DNA of 54,373 nucleotides, from NCBI GenBank assembly GCA_045809945.1, contig JBJMWW010000079.1, positions 1 through 54,373 of the forward strand, given 5' to 3'. Below, in pieces: positions 19,181 to 27,485 of this stretch; positions within the stretch are counted from its first letter, which is position 1; each line of letters begins with the position of its first letter. This DNA comes from Chthoniobacterales bacterium (lineage in GTDB: Bacteria > Verrucomicrobiota > Verrucomicrobiia > Chthoniobacterales > UBA10450). The position numbers and the translations under genes were made by a program. The notes under the pieces were generated by a model that worked only from the letters and a program-made list of their open reading frames with translations, did not search any database and had not been told where the DNA came from.

Positions 19181-19855
19181 ATGAACTCATCGCCCATTCT
19201 CGACGTTCGCCAGCTAACCAAAATCTATCGCACCGCGGCCGGCGCGCTCACCGTGTTGAAGAACATCACGTTTGCGCTCGAGGAACGCGCCACTTGCGCG
19301 ATTCTCGGGCCGTCCGGCAGCGGCAAGACGACGCTGCTCGGGCTTTGCGCCGGTCTCGATCAGCCAACTTCCGGCAGCGTCATGTTGAACGGTGTCGCGC
19401 TCGGCAAAATCGATGAAGACAAACGTGCGCGTGTTCGCAATGAATTCGTCGGGTTCGTATTCCAAAACTTCCAGCTCATTCCGACTCTGACCGCGATCGA
19501 GAATGTGACTGTGCCGCTCGAGTTGCGCGGCGATCGGACGGCTTTCGAGCGCGGCGCCGAATTGCTCGGTCGCGTTGGTCTCGCTGATCGTCACGATCAC
19601 TATCCGTCGCAGCTTTCTGGAGGCGAGCAGCAGCGCGTCGCGCTGGCGCGTGCGTTCATCAACCGGCCGAAAATCCTGTTTGCCGACGAACCGACTGGAA
19701 ATCTCGATGCAGAGACCAGCCGCTCCGTCATCGACGTCATGCTCGAGCTGAATCGTGACGAACACACGGTGCTGGTTCTCGTGACGCACGATCCGGAGAT
19801 CGCGACGTTGACCGAGCGCACAATTCGGCTGCGCAACGGCGAAGTGGTGGCGTGA
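19181..19855 (+). CDS. ybbA: ABC transporter ATP-binding protein (YbbA-like)
   Basis: GPSGSGKT, LSGGEQQRVA, ILFADEPTGNLD. Confidence 0.9.
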   Translation: MNSSPILDVRQLTKIYRTAAGALTVLKNITFALEERATCAILGPSGSGKTTLLGLCAGLDQPTSGSVMLNGVALGKIDEDKRARVRNEFVGFVFQNFQLIPTLTAIENVTVPLELRGDRTAFERGAELLGRVGLADRHDHYPSQLSGGEQQRVALARAFINRPKILFADEPTGNLDAETSRSVIDVMLELNRDEHTVLVLVTHDPEIATLTERTIRLRNGEVVA

Positions 19856-22380
19856 ACACATTCATCTGGAAAATGGCGTGGCGCGATTCGCGCGCGAGTC
19901 GGCGCAGGCTGCTGCTCTTTTCCACCTCGATCACGTTCGGCGTCGCGGCACTCGTCGCGCTCGGATCGTTTCGCCAGAGTCTGGCCCGCGCAATCGATCA
20001 GCAGGCAAGGACCTTGATCGGCGCCGATTTAATCGTCGAATCGACGCGACCGTTCACTCCCGAGCAGGAACAATTTCTCCAGTCGTTAGGCGAATCGCAG
20101 GCGCGGGAAGTGCGCTTCACGACGATGGCGCTCTTTCCGCGGATAAACGGCACCCGACTCGTGCAGTTGCGTGCGCTCGAGGGCGACTTCCCGTTTTACG
20201 GCAAGCTGGAAACGGAACCTGCCGCCGCGTCGCAGCGGTTCAGGCAGAGCGGTTACGCGCTGGCGGAGGAAAGCGTGCTCATCCAGTTCGGTGCGAAAGC
20301 CGGTGATCAGATCAAGATTGGCGACTCGCAGTTTACGATTGGCGGAGCATTGAAAAAGATGCCAGGCGAAGCGTCGGCTGGAGCGTCGCTTGCGCCGCGC
20401 GTTTACATTCCTTTGCAAAACCTCGGAGCGACGAACCTGCTCAGGCCCGGCAGCATCGCGCAGTATCGAGATTACCTGCGATGCGGCGAAGGGATCGATG
20501 CGGACGCCCGCATTAAAGCGCTGACGCCCCGGCTAAGTGAGCTGCATCTCGAGTATGACTCCGTCGCCAAACGGAAGAAGGACCTCGGCAGCGCGCTCGA
20601 GAATGTTTACCGCTTTCTAAACCTAATCGGTTTCATTTCGCTGCTGCTTGGCGCCGTCGGCGTAGCGAGTGCGATTCATGCGCATCTGCAACAAAAGCGG
20701 AACACGAGCGCGGTTTTGCGCTGCCTCGGTTTGTCGCGAATGCGCGCGGTGTTTGTCTATCTCACGCAAGCGGCTGCGATGGGAATCATCGGTGGCGTTG
20801 CCGGCGCGGCACTCGGCGTCGCGATGCAGAAAATCTTACCGCGGGTGCTGCAATCCGTGTTGCCGATGGAAATGCCAAACGCGCTCGCCTTCGGCCCGAT
20901 CGTCAGCGGCGTCGCGATCGGCTTTGCCACCTGCATTCTGTTTTCCCTTCCGCCGCTTCTGCGCTTCCGCCATGTTGCGCCGCTCGAAGTCCTGCGCGCG
21001 GACGCATCGGCGCCACGGCGCAGAGATTTTCTTGTGGCACTCGTTTATCTGCTGATCGCGATCGCGATCACCGCCTTCGCCATTGCACAAAGCGAGACCT
21101 GGCGGCGCGGCGTCATTTTCGCCGGCGGGCTCGGCTTGGCGATCGGGGTGTTCGCAGTCGTCGCAAAACTTCTCATCGTCACCGTTCGCCGCTTCTTTCC
21201 GCGCCGCCGATCGTTCGTGCTGCGTCAGGGGCTGGCAAACCTCTATCGTCCGAACAACCGCACGTTGTTGCTCACGCTCTCGCTGGGCCTCGGCACTTTC
21301 CTTTTGTTGAATCTTTATCTCACGCGCGAAGTGCTGCTCACCCAGTTCCGTTCCCTCGATCGCAACAATCAGCCGAACATCTTTCTCTTCGACATTCAAC
21401 CCGACCAAACCGCCGCTGTGCGCGCACTGGTCGATTCGTTAGGCCTGCCCGTCATACAGGAAGCTCCGATTGTGACGATGCGTCTTGCCGAGATCAAAGG
21501 CCGGAAGGCGAGCGACATTCTGGCGGATCCGAAGCGCACGATTCCGCACTGGGAGCTTGAGCGCGAATATCGCTGCACCTACCGCGAGCAGCTCGCCGAG
21601 ACCGAAAAAGTCGTCGACGGAAAGTGGATCGGCCGTGTCGATTACAAACCCGGTAATGTCGTTCCGATCTCGATCGATCAGGAAATCGCACATGATCTGA
21701 AAACGAAGATCGGTGACGAGATCGTGTTCGATGTGCAGGGCGTTCCGATGCGGACACGCATCGCCAGCTTGCGCGACATCGATTGGAAACGATTCCAGAC
21801 GAACTTCTTCGTTGTTTTTCCAGCCGGCGTTCTGGAGAACGCGCCCACGTTTTTCGTTCTCGTCAGCCGGGTGCGCGATGCGGCCGAATCGGCGCGCCTG
21901 CAGAATGCAGTCGTGGCGCAATTTCCGAACGTCTCCGCGATCGATCTGACATCGGTCATCCAGACGGTCGATTCGATTTTAACGAAAGCCGCGCTCGTCA
22001 TTCGCGTTATCTCGCTCTTCACCGTCGGCGCCGGCATCATCGTGCTGGTGAGTGCGATCTGGAGCGGGCGTTATCAGCGGCTGAAGGAGAGTATCTTGCT
22101 GCGAACGCTCGGCGCGTCGCGCGCGCAAATCTGGAAGATTCTCTGCGCTGAATATTTCATTCTTGGATTGCTCGCCAGCGTAACTGGTATCCTGCTCGCC
22201 GTGGCCGCGAGTTGGGGACTCGCGCGTTTCGTCTTCAAACTCAGCTACGCGCCATCACTTACGCCGCTGTTTGTCACCGCGGTTGCGGTCAGCGCGCTGA
22301 CGGTTGCGGTCGGTTTGTTTACCAGTCGCGGTGTGGGGACGGCGCCGCCGCTCGCGATTCTGCGTAGCGAGGCGGAGTAG
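19852..22380 (+). CDS. ybbP: ABC transporter permease, FtsX/MacB-like (YbbP-like)
   Basis: AWRDSR, ARTLIGADL, FPFYG, PNIFLFDIQ, LRDIDW, LLRTLGAS; coupled to ybbA. Confidence 0.88.
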   Translation: MNTFIWKMAWRDSRASRRRLLLFSTSITFGVAALVALGSFRQSLARAIDQQARTLIGADLIVESTRPFTPEQEQFLQSLGESQAREVRFTTMALFPRINGTRLVQLRALEGDFPFYGKLETEPAAASQRFRQSGYALAEESVLIQFGAKAGDQIKIGDSQFTIGGALKKMPGEASAGASLAPRVYIPLQNLGATNLLRPGSIAQYRDYLRCGEGIDADARIKALTPRLSELHLEYDSVAKRKKDLGSALENVYRFLNLIGFISLLLGAVGVASAIHAHLQQKRNTSAVLRCLGLSRMRAVFVYLTQAAAMGIIGGVAGAALGVAMQKILPRVLQSVLPMEMPNALAFGPIVSGVAIGFATCILFSLPPLLRFRHVAPLEVLRADASAPRRRDFLVALVYLLIAIAITAFAIAQSETWRRGVIFAGGLGLAIGVFAVVAKLLIVTVRRFFPRRRSFVLRQGLANLYRPNNRTLLLTLSLGLGTFLLLNLYLTREVLLTQFRSLDRNNQPNIFLFDIQPDQTAAVRALVDSLGLPVIQEAPIVTMRLAEIKGRKASDILADPKRTIPHWELEREYRCTYREQLAETEKVVDGKWIGRVDYKPGNVVPISIDQEIAHDLKTKIGDEIVFDVQGVPMRTRIASLRDIDWKRFQTNFFVVFPAGVLENAPTFFVLVSRVRDAAESARLQNAVVAQFPNVSAIDLTSVIQTVDSILTKAALVIRVISLFTVGAGIIVLVSAIWSGRYQRLKESILLRTLGASRAQIWKILCAEYFILGLLASVTGILLAVAASWGLARFVFKLSYAPSLTPLFVTAVAVSALTVAVGLFTSRGVGTAPPLAILRSEAE

Positions 22381-23046
22381 TTCGCCCGCAGTCACTCCGC
22401 GCCAGTGTCCGCGCGGCAAGTCACCGAGCCGCAACTCACCCACTCTAATCCGCACGAGCCGCTCCACCTCGTAACCAACGTGGTAGAGCATGCGGCGGAT
22501 TTGCCGGTTGATTCCCTGGCGCAAAATGATGCGAAGGCGGGTCGGTGAGAGCGCGCGCAGTTCCTCGAACCGGGCTCGTTCTCCATCGAGAAAAACGCCG
22601 CGCAGAAGTTTTGCTGCGAGCGCCGAGTCCCACGGCTTGTCGAGCGTGACCTCGTATTGCTTGTCGATCTTGAATCGTGGATGCGTCAATCGCTGGGCAA
22701 GCTCGCCGTCGTTCGTTAGAAGCAGGAGACCTTCGGATTGCGCATCAAGCCGCCCGATATTGAACAGACGCGGGAACTTCGGCGGGAGGAGATCGAAAAT
22801 TGTGTTTCGCGCGTGTGAATCGCTCCGCGTGGAAACAAAACCGGCCGGCTTGTTCAGCATAATCGTGAGCGGCCGCTCGATGTGGACGAGCTTGCGTCCG
22901 ACTTTGACGTGATCGCCTTCCGCCGGTTGCGCGCTGAAATCAGTGCAGACGCGCCCGTTGATCGTGACCTGGCCGGCGGCGATGAGCTCGTCGCATTTGC
23001 GGCGCGAACCGACTCCGGCGGCGGCGAGATAGCGGTTCAGGCGCAT
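22255..23046 (-). CDS. rluB: Pseudouridine synthase, RsuA/RluB family
   Basis: S4 domain MRLNRYLAAAGVGSRRKCDELI; LNKPAG, GRLD, GLLLLTNDG, NRQIRRM. Confidence 0.88.
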   Translation of the reverse strand: MRLNRYLAAAGVGSRRKCDELIAAGQVTINGRVCTDFSAQPAEGDHVKVGRKLVHIERPLTIMLNKPAGFVSTRSDSHARNTIFDLLPPKFPRLFNIGRLDAQSEGLLLLTNDGELAQRLTHPRFKIDKQYEVTLDKPWDSALAAKLLRGVFLDGERARFEELRALSPTRLRIILRQGINRQIRRMLYHVGYEVERLVRIRVGELRLGDLPRGHWRGVTAGELLRLATQNRERRRRPHTATGKQTDRNRQRADRNRGDKQRRK

Positions 23047-23061
23047 GTTGCGCCCTCGCGA

Positions 23062-23217
23062 CTACACGTCCGGCTTGGTCTTCGGAAGGCCGAGGACCTT
23101 CTGGCCGGACTTCCACTGACCGCGCTTCTTGAGCAGCTCAACCCGCTCGAAACGTTTCAGAACATTTCGCTTGGCGGTGATGGTGCTTGCGCCTTTAAGA
23201 CTGCGATGCTGCGACAT
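23062..23217 (-). CDS. PVC superphylum small basic (signature) protein, 51 aa
   Basis: Manual translation MSQHRSLKGASTITAKRNVLKRFERVELLKKRGQWKSGQKVLGLPKTKPDV*; matches the MSxHxSL...RNVLKRxER...GLPK pattern. Missed by the ORF track. Confidence 0.9.
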   Translation of the reverse strand: MSQHRSLKGASTITAKRNVLKRFERVELLKKRGQWKSGQKVLGLPKTKPDV

Positions 23218-23244
23218 AAGATTCTGTGGGAAATTGGAGCGCGG

Positions 23245-23272
23245 AAACTACGATGCGGCGCCATCTTTTCAA
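23245..23272 (-). promoter_or_regulatory. Putative promoter for the small basic protein and rluB
   Basis: Minus strand reads TTGAAA-N16-TAGTTT. Confidence 0.5.
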
Positions 23273-23304
23273 ATGGAAGTTGTCGTCGCCGGTCCGTTGC
23301 TGCA

Positions 23305-25095
23305 TCAAAGCTGGTTCGTCAGCACGACGTACGTGCCGCAGGTCGCTACCTGATGAAAGATGTGAACGCGTTCTGTGATGACACGCTGCCAATAGGGAAG
23401 GCGGTTTTGTTCGACGATAAGGTAGATCGGGTCGGCATTCCGCCAGGCGCGGAGCAGGGTAGTTTCGCTCAGATATTTGTCCGCTGCGCCGAGCTGCGCT
23501 TCGAATGGCTCGGGCTTCTGATTCACGAGAAAGAACTCGCTGTCGAGATAGAAGACGAGGCTGCTGCCGGTGTGCATTGAGCCCTCGTAAAATAGTTGTG
23601 TCTCGTCAGTCATTCGATCGTTGAGAAAACGCGCGGCGTTGGCGAGCGAGAAAAACGGTGCCAGTCGCGCAACGCCATCAATGGCGAGGAGACCGATGGG
23701 GATCATTGCCGCAAGCATCGCGACAAGCGCGAGACGTTCGCGATTTTTCGACGCGAGATAGAAAGCCACAAGACCGCAGACGATCAACGCCGTCGCAGTA
23801 ATGGCGATCATCGGACGCAGGCTGAGCCAGGTTGCGGCGGGAATCGCCTGCACGGTTTCCCATGCTGTCGATCGCGCGCTTGTCGCCGGCCATTCGGCAA
23901 GGGCGCCGTTGACGATACGCGGCAGCGCGAGCGCAACCGCTCCGACCACCGTTCCGCAGGTGATCACGATTCCCACGCCAGTGAGTCGCAAGCTGCGTGG
24001 CATTCGATCCCATGCGAGCACCCCGAGGATCGCAACCGCACTCCACATATTCATCGAGTAATAGTCCTGACGCTGGCCGAGAAAAAGCAGCGGCACGAAA
24101 ACAACGCCGGCCCAGCAGAGCGGCAGCGCCTCGGCGAGATCAGACTTGAGCGAACGGAAAATTCGTCGCCCGCTCACAATTAGTCCGGGAAGGATAAGCA
24201 GCGAGGCCGGAAACCACCAGGCGACGTGGAGCGCAAGAAATTGCAGCTGGGGGACGTTGTCGTAGCTGCGCGTTGCATCGGTTCTCCCGAGGACGTGGAC
24301 GAGAGCTTCCGACTTCTGCAGTTGGCCGTGGAAACCGGGAAAGTGCCATGCACACCACGCATGCCATGGTACGAGGATCGCGAGAAAAAGCAGCAGGTAT
24401 GGCCACCAGAGCAGAAAACGAAAACGGAGCCGCGCTTCGCGAAAAAAAATCGCAAGAATTCCGCAAATCGCGGCCGGATAAAGCAGGCCGTGCAATCCTT
24501 TGGCGACGCAGGCAAGCGCGGTCGCAATCCAAAAGCCAGCGAACCAGAAGCGTCGATTGCGCTGTCCCTGATAGCCGGCGATTGCGCACAGGATCGCCGC
24601 TGCGATCAACGCGCTGAATACCGGCTCGGGCATGATGATTCGTCCGAGAAGAAATGTTCCGGCGAACGTGAGGTGCATGAGGCCGGCGAGAAATCCGCGC
24701 CAGTAATCGAAAAGCCGTTCGGCGATGAGAAATGTGACGGCGACAGATCCAATAGTCGCCACTGCGATCGGCAGGCGCGCAGCCGCTTCGTTCACGCCCA
24801 GTCCTTTGTAACAGATCAGAATCAGCCAGTAGACGAGCGGCGGTTTTTGCAGCCGCGGAATCCCGTCGTTCGTCGGCAGCATCCAGTCATGACGCTCCGA
24901 CATCTCCCGCGCAGCGCCGGCGTACTGTCCGTCTGTTTCACCGTAAAGATCGCCCCATGCGGCGGTGCCGATGTGAAGAATCGCCGCGAGCGCGATTAGC
25001 AGGGTGAGCAACGCATGCCGCGTCGGCGGTGGATTTAGAACACGCGGACCAACCACTGTTTCGTGGAGCGGGAATGTCCGGGCGCTTGCAACCAT
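23305..25095 (-). CDS. ArnT/PMT-like (GT-C) membrane glycosyltransferase
   Basis: [11 protein letters not shown]...DWMLPT...[11 protein letters not shown]...EAAARLP...AKGLHG; many TM segments. Confidence 0.85.
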   Translation of the reverse strand: MVASARTFPLHETVVGPRVLNPPPTRHALLTLLIALAAILHIGTAAWGDLYGETDGQYAGAAREMSERHDWMLPTNDGIPRLQKPPLVYWLILICYKGLGVNEAAARLPIAVATIGSVAVTFLIAERLFDYWRGFLAGLMHLTFAGTFLLGRIIMPEPVFSALIAAAILCAIAGYQGQRNRRFWFAGFWIATALACVAKGLHGLLYPAAICGILAIFFREARLRFRFLLWWPYLLLFLAILVPWHAWCAWHFPGFHGQLQKSEALVHVLGRTDATRSYDNVPQLQFLALHVAWWFPASLLILPGLIVSGRRIFRSLKSDLAEALPLCWAGVVFVPLLFLGQRQDYYSMNMWSAVAILGVLAWDRMPRSLRLTGVGIVITCGTVVGAVALALPRIVNGALAEWPATSARSTAWETVQAIPAATWLSLRPMIAITATALIVCGLVAFYLASKNRERLALVAMLAAMIPIGLLAIDGVARLAPFFSLANAARFLNDRMTDETQLFYEGSMHTGSSLVFYLDSEFFLVNQKPEPFEAQLGAADKYLSETTLLRAWRNADPIYLIVEQNRLPYWQRVITERVHIFHQVATCGTYVVLTNQL

Positions 25096-25500
25096 CTAAC
25101 GGAATCGGTCCCAATCGTCCGGCAGCCGGAGCAGTTTCGCGTCGGGCATTTGGATCAACGCCAGCATCTGACGGCATTCAGCGATGAGCGCGCCATCCGA
25201 AGGTCGCTCGATCCGAAACGCGCACCAGAAACGCACCCGCTCCAGTTGATCGAGCCAGCCTTCGATGACGAGCTTGTCCGCAAGTTTGGCCGCGCGCTTG
25301 TAATCGATCTCGGTTCGAACCACGACCGGATAGCGTTGCGTTGCGGCCATCTCGGCGAGGTGAAGTCCGAGCTGTTCGGCAAGCAATGTGCGCGCGACTT
25401 CGACAAAACGGAGGTAGGCGATGTTGTGCACGACGGCGCCGCAATCGGTGTCGAAGAACATGACCTGCACTTCGGTGCGAATACGCGGTCGATCGATCAT
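25096..25500 (-). CDS. Hot-dog fold acyl-CoA thioesterase (YbgC/4HBT-like)
   Basis: FFDTDCGAVVHNIAYLRFVEVAR...EIDYKRAAK. Confidence 0.88.
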   Translation of the reverse strand: MIDRPRIRTEVQVMFFDTDCGAVVHNIAYLRFVEVARTLLAEQLGLHLAEMAATQRYPVVVRTEIDYKRAAKLADKLVIEGWLDQLERVRFWCAFRIERPSDGALIAECRQMLALIQMPDAKLLRLPDDWDRFR

Positions 25501-27416
25501 AATCGTCGCGGCATCATCGCGTCGTTCGCGGTGGAGTCGAGCACCTCCAACACCGCGTTGACTACTTCACCTGCGGTGACCGCGTGCATACAGCGAAAAT
25601 CAATCGGGCACTCGCGCAGAAAACAGGGACTGCACTCGACGTGATGACGAATAACGCGATTGCGTTCGCCGAGCGGGCCCGTGAGACCCGGCTCGGTGGA
25701 TCCGAACACGGCAACGACGGGCACGCCAAGCAGGCTCGCAACGTGCATCGTGCCCGTGTCGTTGGTCAACAGCAGCGCGCAGTCGCGCAGCCGTTCTATC
25801 AGTTCCGCAAGCGTCGTCTTGGCGGCCAGGTTTGTGCAACGCGGACCGAGTACGTTTTCGATCTGCGCCGCGACAGCCGTGTCGGTTTTTGTGCCGAAGA
25901 GCAGCCAGTGACCATCGATACGTTCAGCGACGACCTGGGCCGCCTCGGCAAATCGCTCGGGCAGCCAGCGCTTGGCCGGCCCATACTCCGCGCCCGGACA
26001 CAAGCCGAGGAATTTCCGATTTTCGGCCGTCGATTTTCTAGTTCCAAATGGCTCCGGAATCGCGCCGAGTGTCCTGGCGAGGTGCAGGTAATCATTGAGC
26101 TGATGATCGATCGGTCGAAATCGTGGGCGCTCGGGAATAATTTGGTTCAACAACATCGACCGCTGATGACCACGGACACCCACGCGACGTGGTACGCCGG
26201 CAAGCCAGACCTCCGCGGCAGCGCGGAATGAATTCGGAAAAAGAATTGCGACGTCGAAACGTTGTCTCGCGGATATAGCGCGCGCGGCGGCGAAAAGCGA
26301 TTTGCGGGAGAGCGGCACGATCTCGTCTACTTCTGGCACGAGCTTCCAAATCTCGGCCGTTTTTTCCGGCGCGAGCACCGTCACATGGGCATCGGGCCGC
26401 CCGCGTTTGATCGCACGCACCGCGGGCGAGCTAATCACGCTGTCGCCGAGCCAGTTCGGCGCGCGGATCAGAATGCGGAACGGCTTAAGTTTCTCCGCCG
26501 GAAAATCCGGCGGCAGAAAGATGCCGCGTTTGTAACGCCGCAGAAGAAAGTTCGGTTTCGGCGTTTTCCAGCGGTTGTGAACCCAAAACCAATCTTCCGG
26601 CGCGGCGCGGATCTGCTGCTCGATAATTGCGTTCGCTTTGGCGGTGATCGATTCAACGGAGTCGTCAGGCAAATCGATCCGCGGCGTGAAACTAAGCCGC
26701 CAGCGCGCGACACCAATTGTGTTCACGCTCCCGGACAAGACCATCGCTTCGCTGCGTTTTGCGAGCAGTGCTGGAAGTGTGGTGGTCGACGCGAGTCGGC
26801 CAAAAAATGGCGTCCAGATTCCCTGATCGCCGGCGTGTTGGTCGCTCAGGACGCCGATGCCGGCGCGGCTACGCAGGAAATCGGTCGCTTTGCCGAAAGC
26901 GTCGCGATCGAACATGTGCAGACCGCCGCGCGCGCGTTGCCGGCGAACATGCTCGTCTATTCGGCGGTTTTCGAGGCGTTGGTAAATCGTGCCTGTTTTC
27001 ACATTCGCAAAGAGCACAGGCAACAGCTGGGCGAGCGCTTCCCAGTTTCCGATGTGACCAAGCACAACCACTGCAGCGTTAGCCGATCGTTCAACTTCTC
27101 TGGCCGACTCTACGTCACCGAGTTCCACGTATTTCAAGACTTCGTCGAGCGGCATTTGGCTCATCTTCACGCCGCACAGCAGGTTCGCGCCGAGCCGTCG
27201 GAAATGATCACGGATGAGGCGCCGCAATTCGCGTTCCGATTTTTCGCCGGCAAATGCGATCCGGACGTTACGCAGTGCGAGCGCGCGATATTTCGAGAGG
27301 ACAAGCCAGGCTACGAGCCCAACCGCGTTTCCCAGCCGGAACAGAAATGTGAGCGGTAGCGCGCCGATTGCCGCGGTGCCTGCGCGATAAAGCGCGTAAA
27401 TGAAGTAGTCGAGCAT
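25497..27416 (-). CDS. waaF: Fusion: lipid A late acyltransferase (LpxL/HtrB) + LPS heptosyltransferase II
   Basis: N-half GHIGNWE, LSDQHAG, PFFG, PEDWFWVHNRWK; C-half RAPNWLGD, CPGAEYGPAKRW, TNDTGTMH, VFGST. Confidence 0.9.
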   Translation of the reverse strand: MLDYFIYALYRAGTAAIGALPLTFLFRLGNAVGLVAWLVLSKYRALALRNVRIAFAGEKSERELRRLIRDHFRRLGANLLCGVKMSQMPLDEVLKYVELGDVESAREVERSANAAVVVLGHIGNWEALAQLLPVLFANVKTGTIYQRLENRRIDEHVRRQRARGGLHMFDRDAFGKATDFLRSRAGIGVLSDQHAGDQGIWTPFFGRLASTTTLPALLAKRSEAMVLSGSVNTIGVARWRLSFTPRIDLPDDSVESITAKANAIIEQQIRAAPEDWFWVHNRWKTPKPNFLLRRYKRGIFLPPDFPAEKLKPFRILIRAPNWLGDSVISSPAVRAIKRGRPDAHVTVLAPEKTAEIWKLVPEVDEIVPLSRKSLFAAARAISARQRFDVAILFPNSFRAAAEVWLAGVPRRVGVRGHQRSMLLNQIIPERPRFRPIDHQLNDYLHLARTLGAIPEPFGTRKSTAENRKFLGLCPGAEYGPAKRWLPERFAEAAQVVAERIDGHWLLFGTKTDTAVAAQIENVLGPRCTNLAAKTTLAELIERLRDCALLLTNDTGTMHVASLLGVPVVAVFGSTEPGLTGPLGERNRVIRHHVECSPCFLRECPIDFRCMHAVTAGEVVNAVLEVLDSTANDAMMPRRL

Positions 27417-27447
27417 GCGTTCGGGCCTGGGCGCGGGCGGTGTAATT

Positions 27448-27477
27448 TTGCCTGCGATGCGGCTCAATCAATATAAT
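27448..27477 (+). promoter_or_regulatory. Putative sigma70 promoter of the GT2 operon
   Basis: TTGCCT-N18-TATAAT-N8-GTG. Confidence 0.6.
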
Positions 27478-27485
27478 GTCGCAAC

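Noticed and set aside
26262-27359. 365-aa plus-strand ORF
   Set aside because: Antisense to lpxL-waaF, no motifs, typical of high-GC shadow frames.
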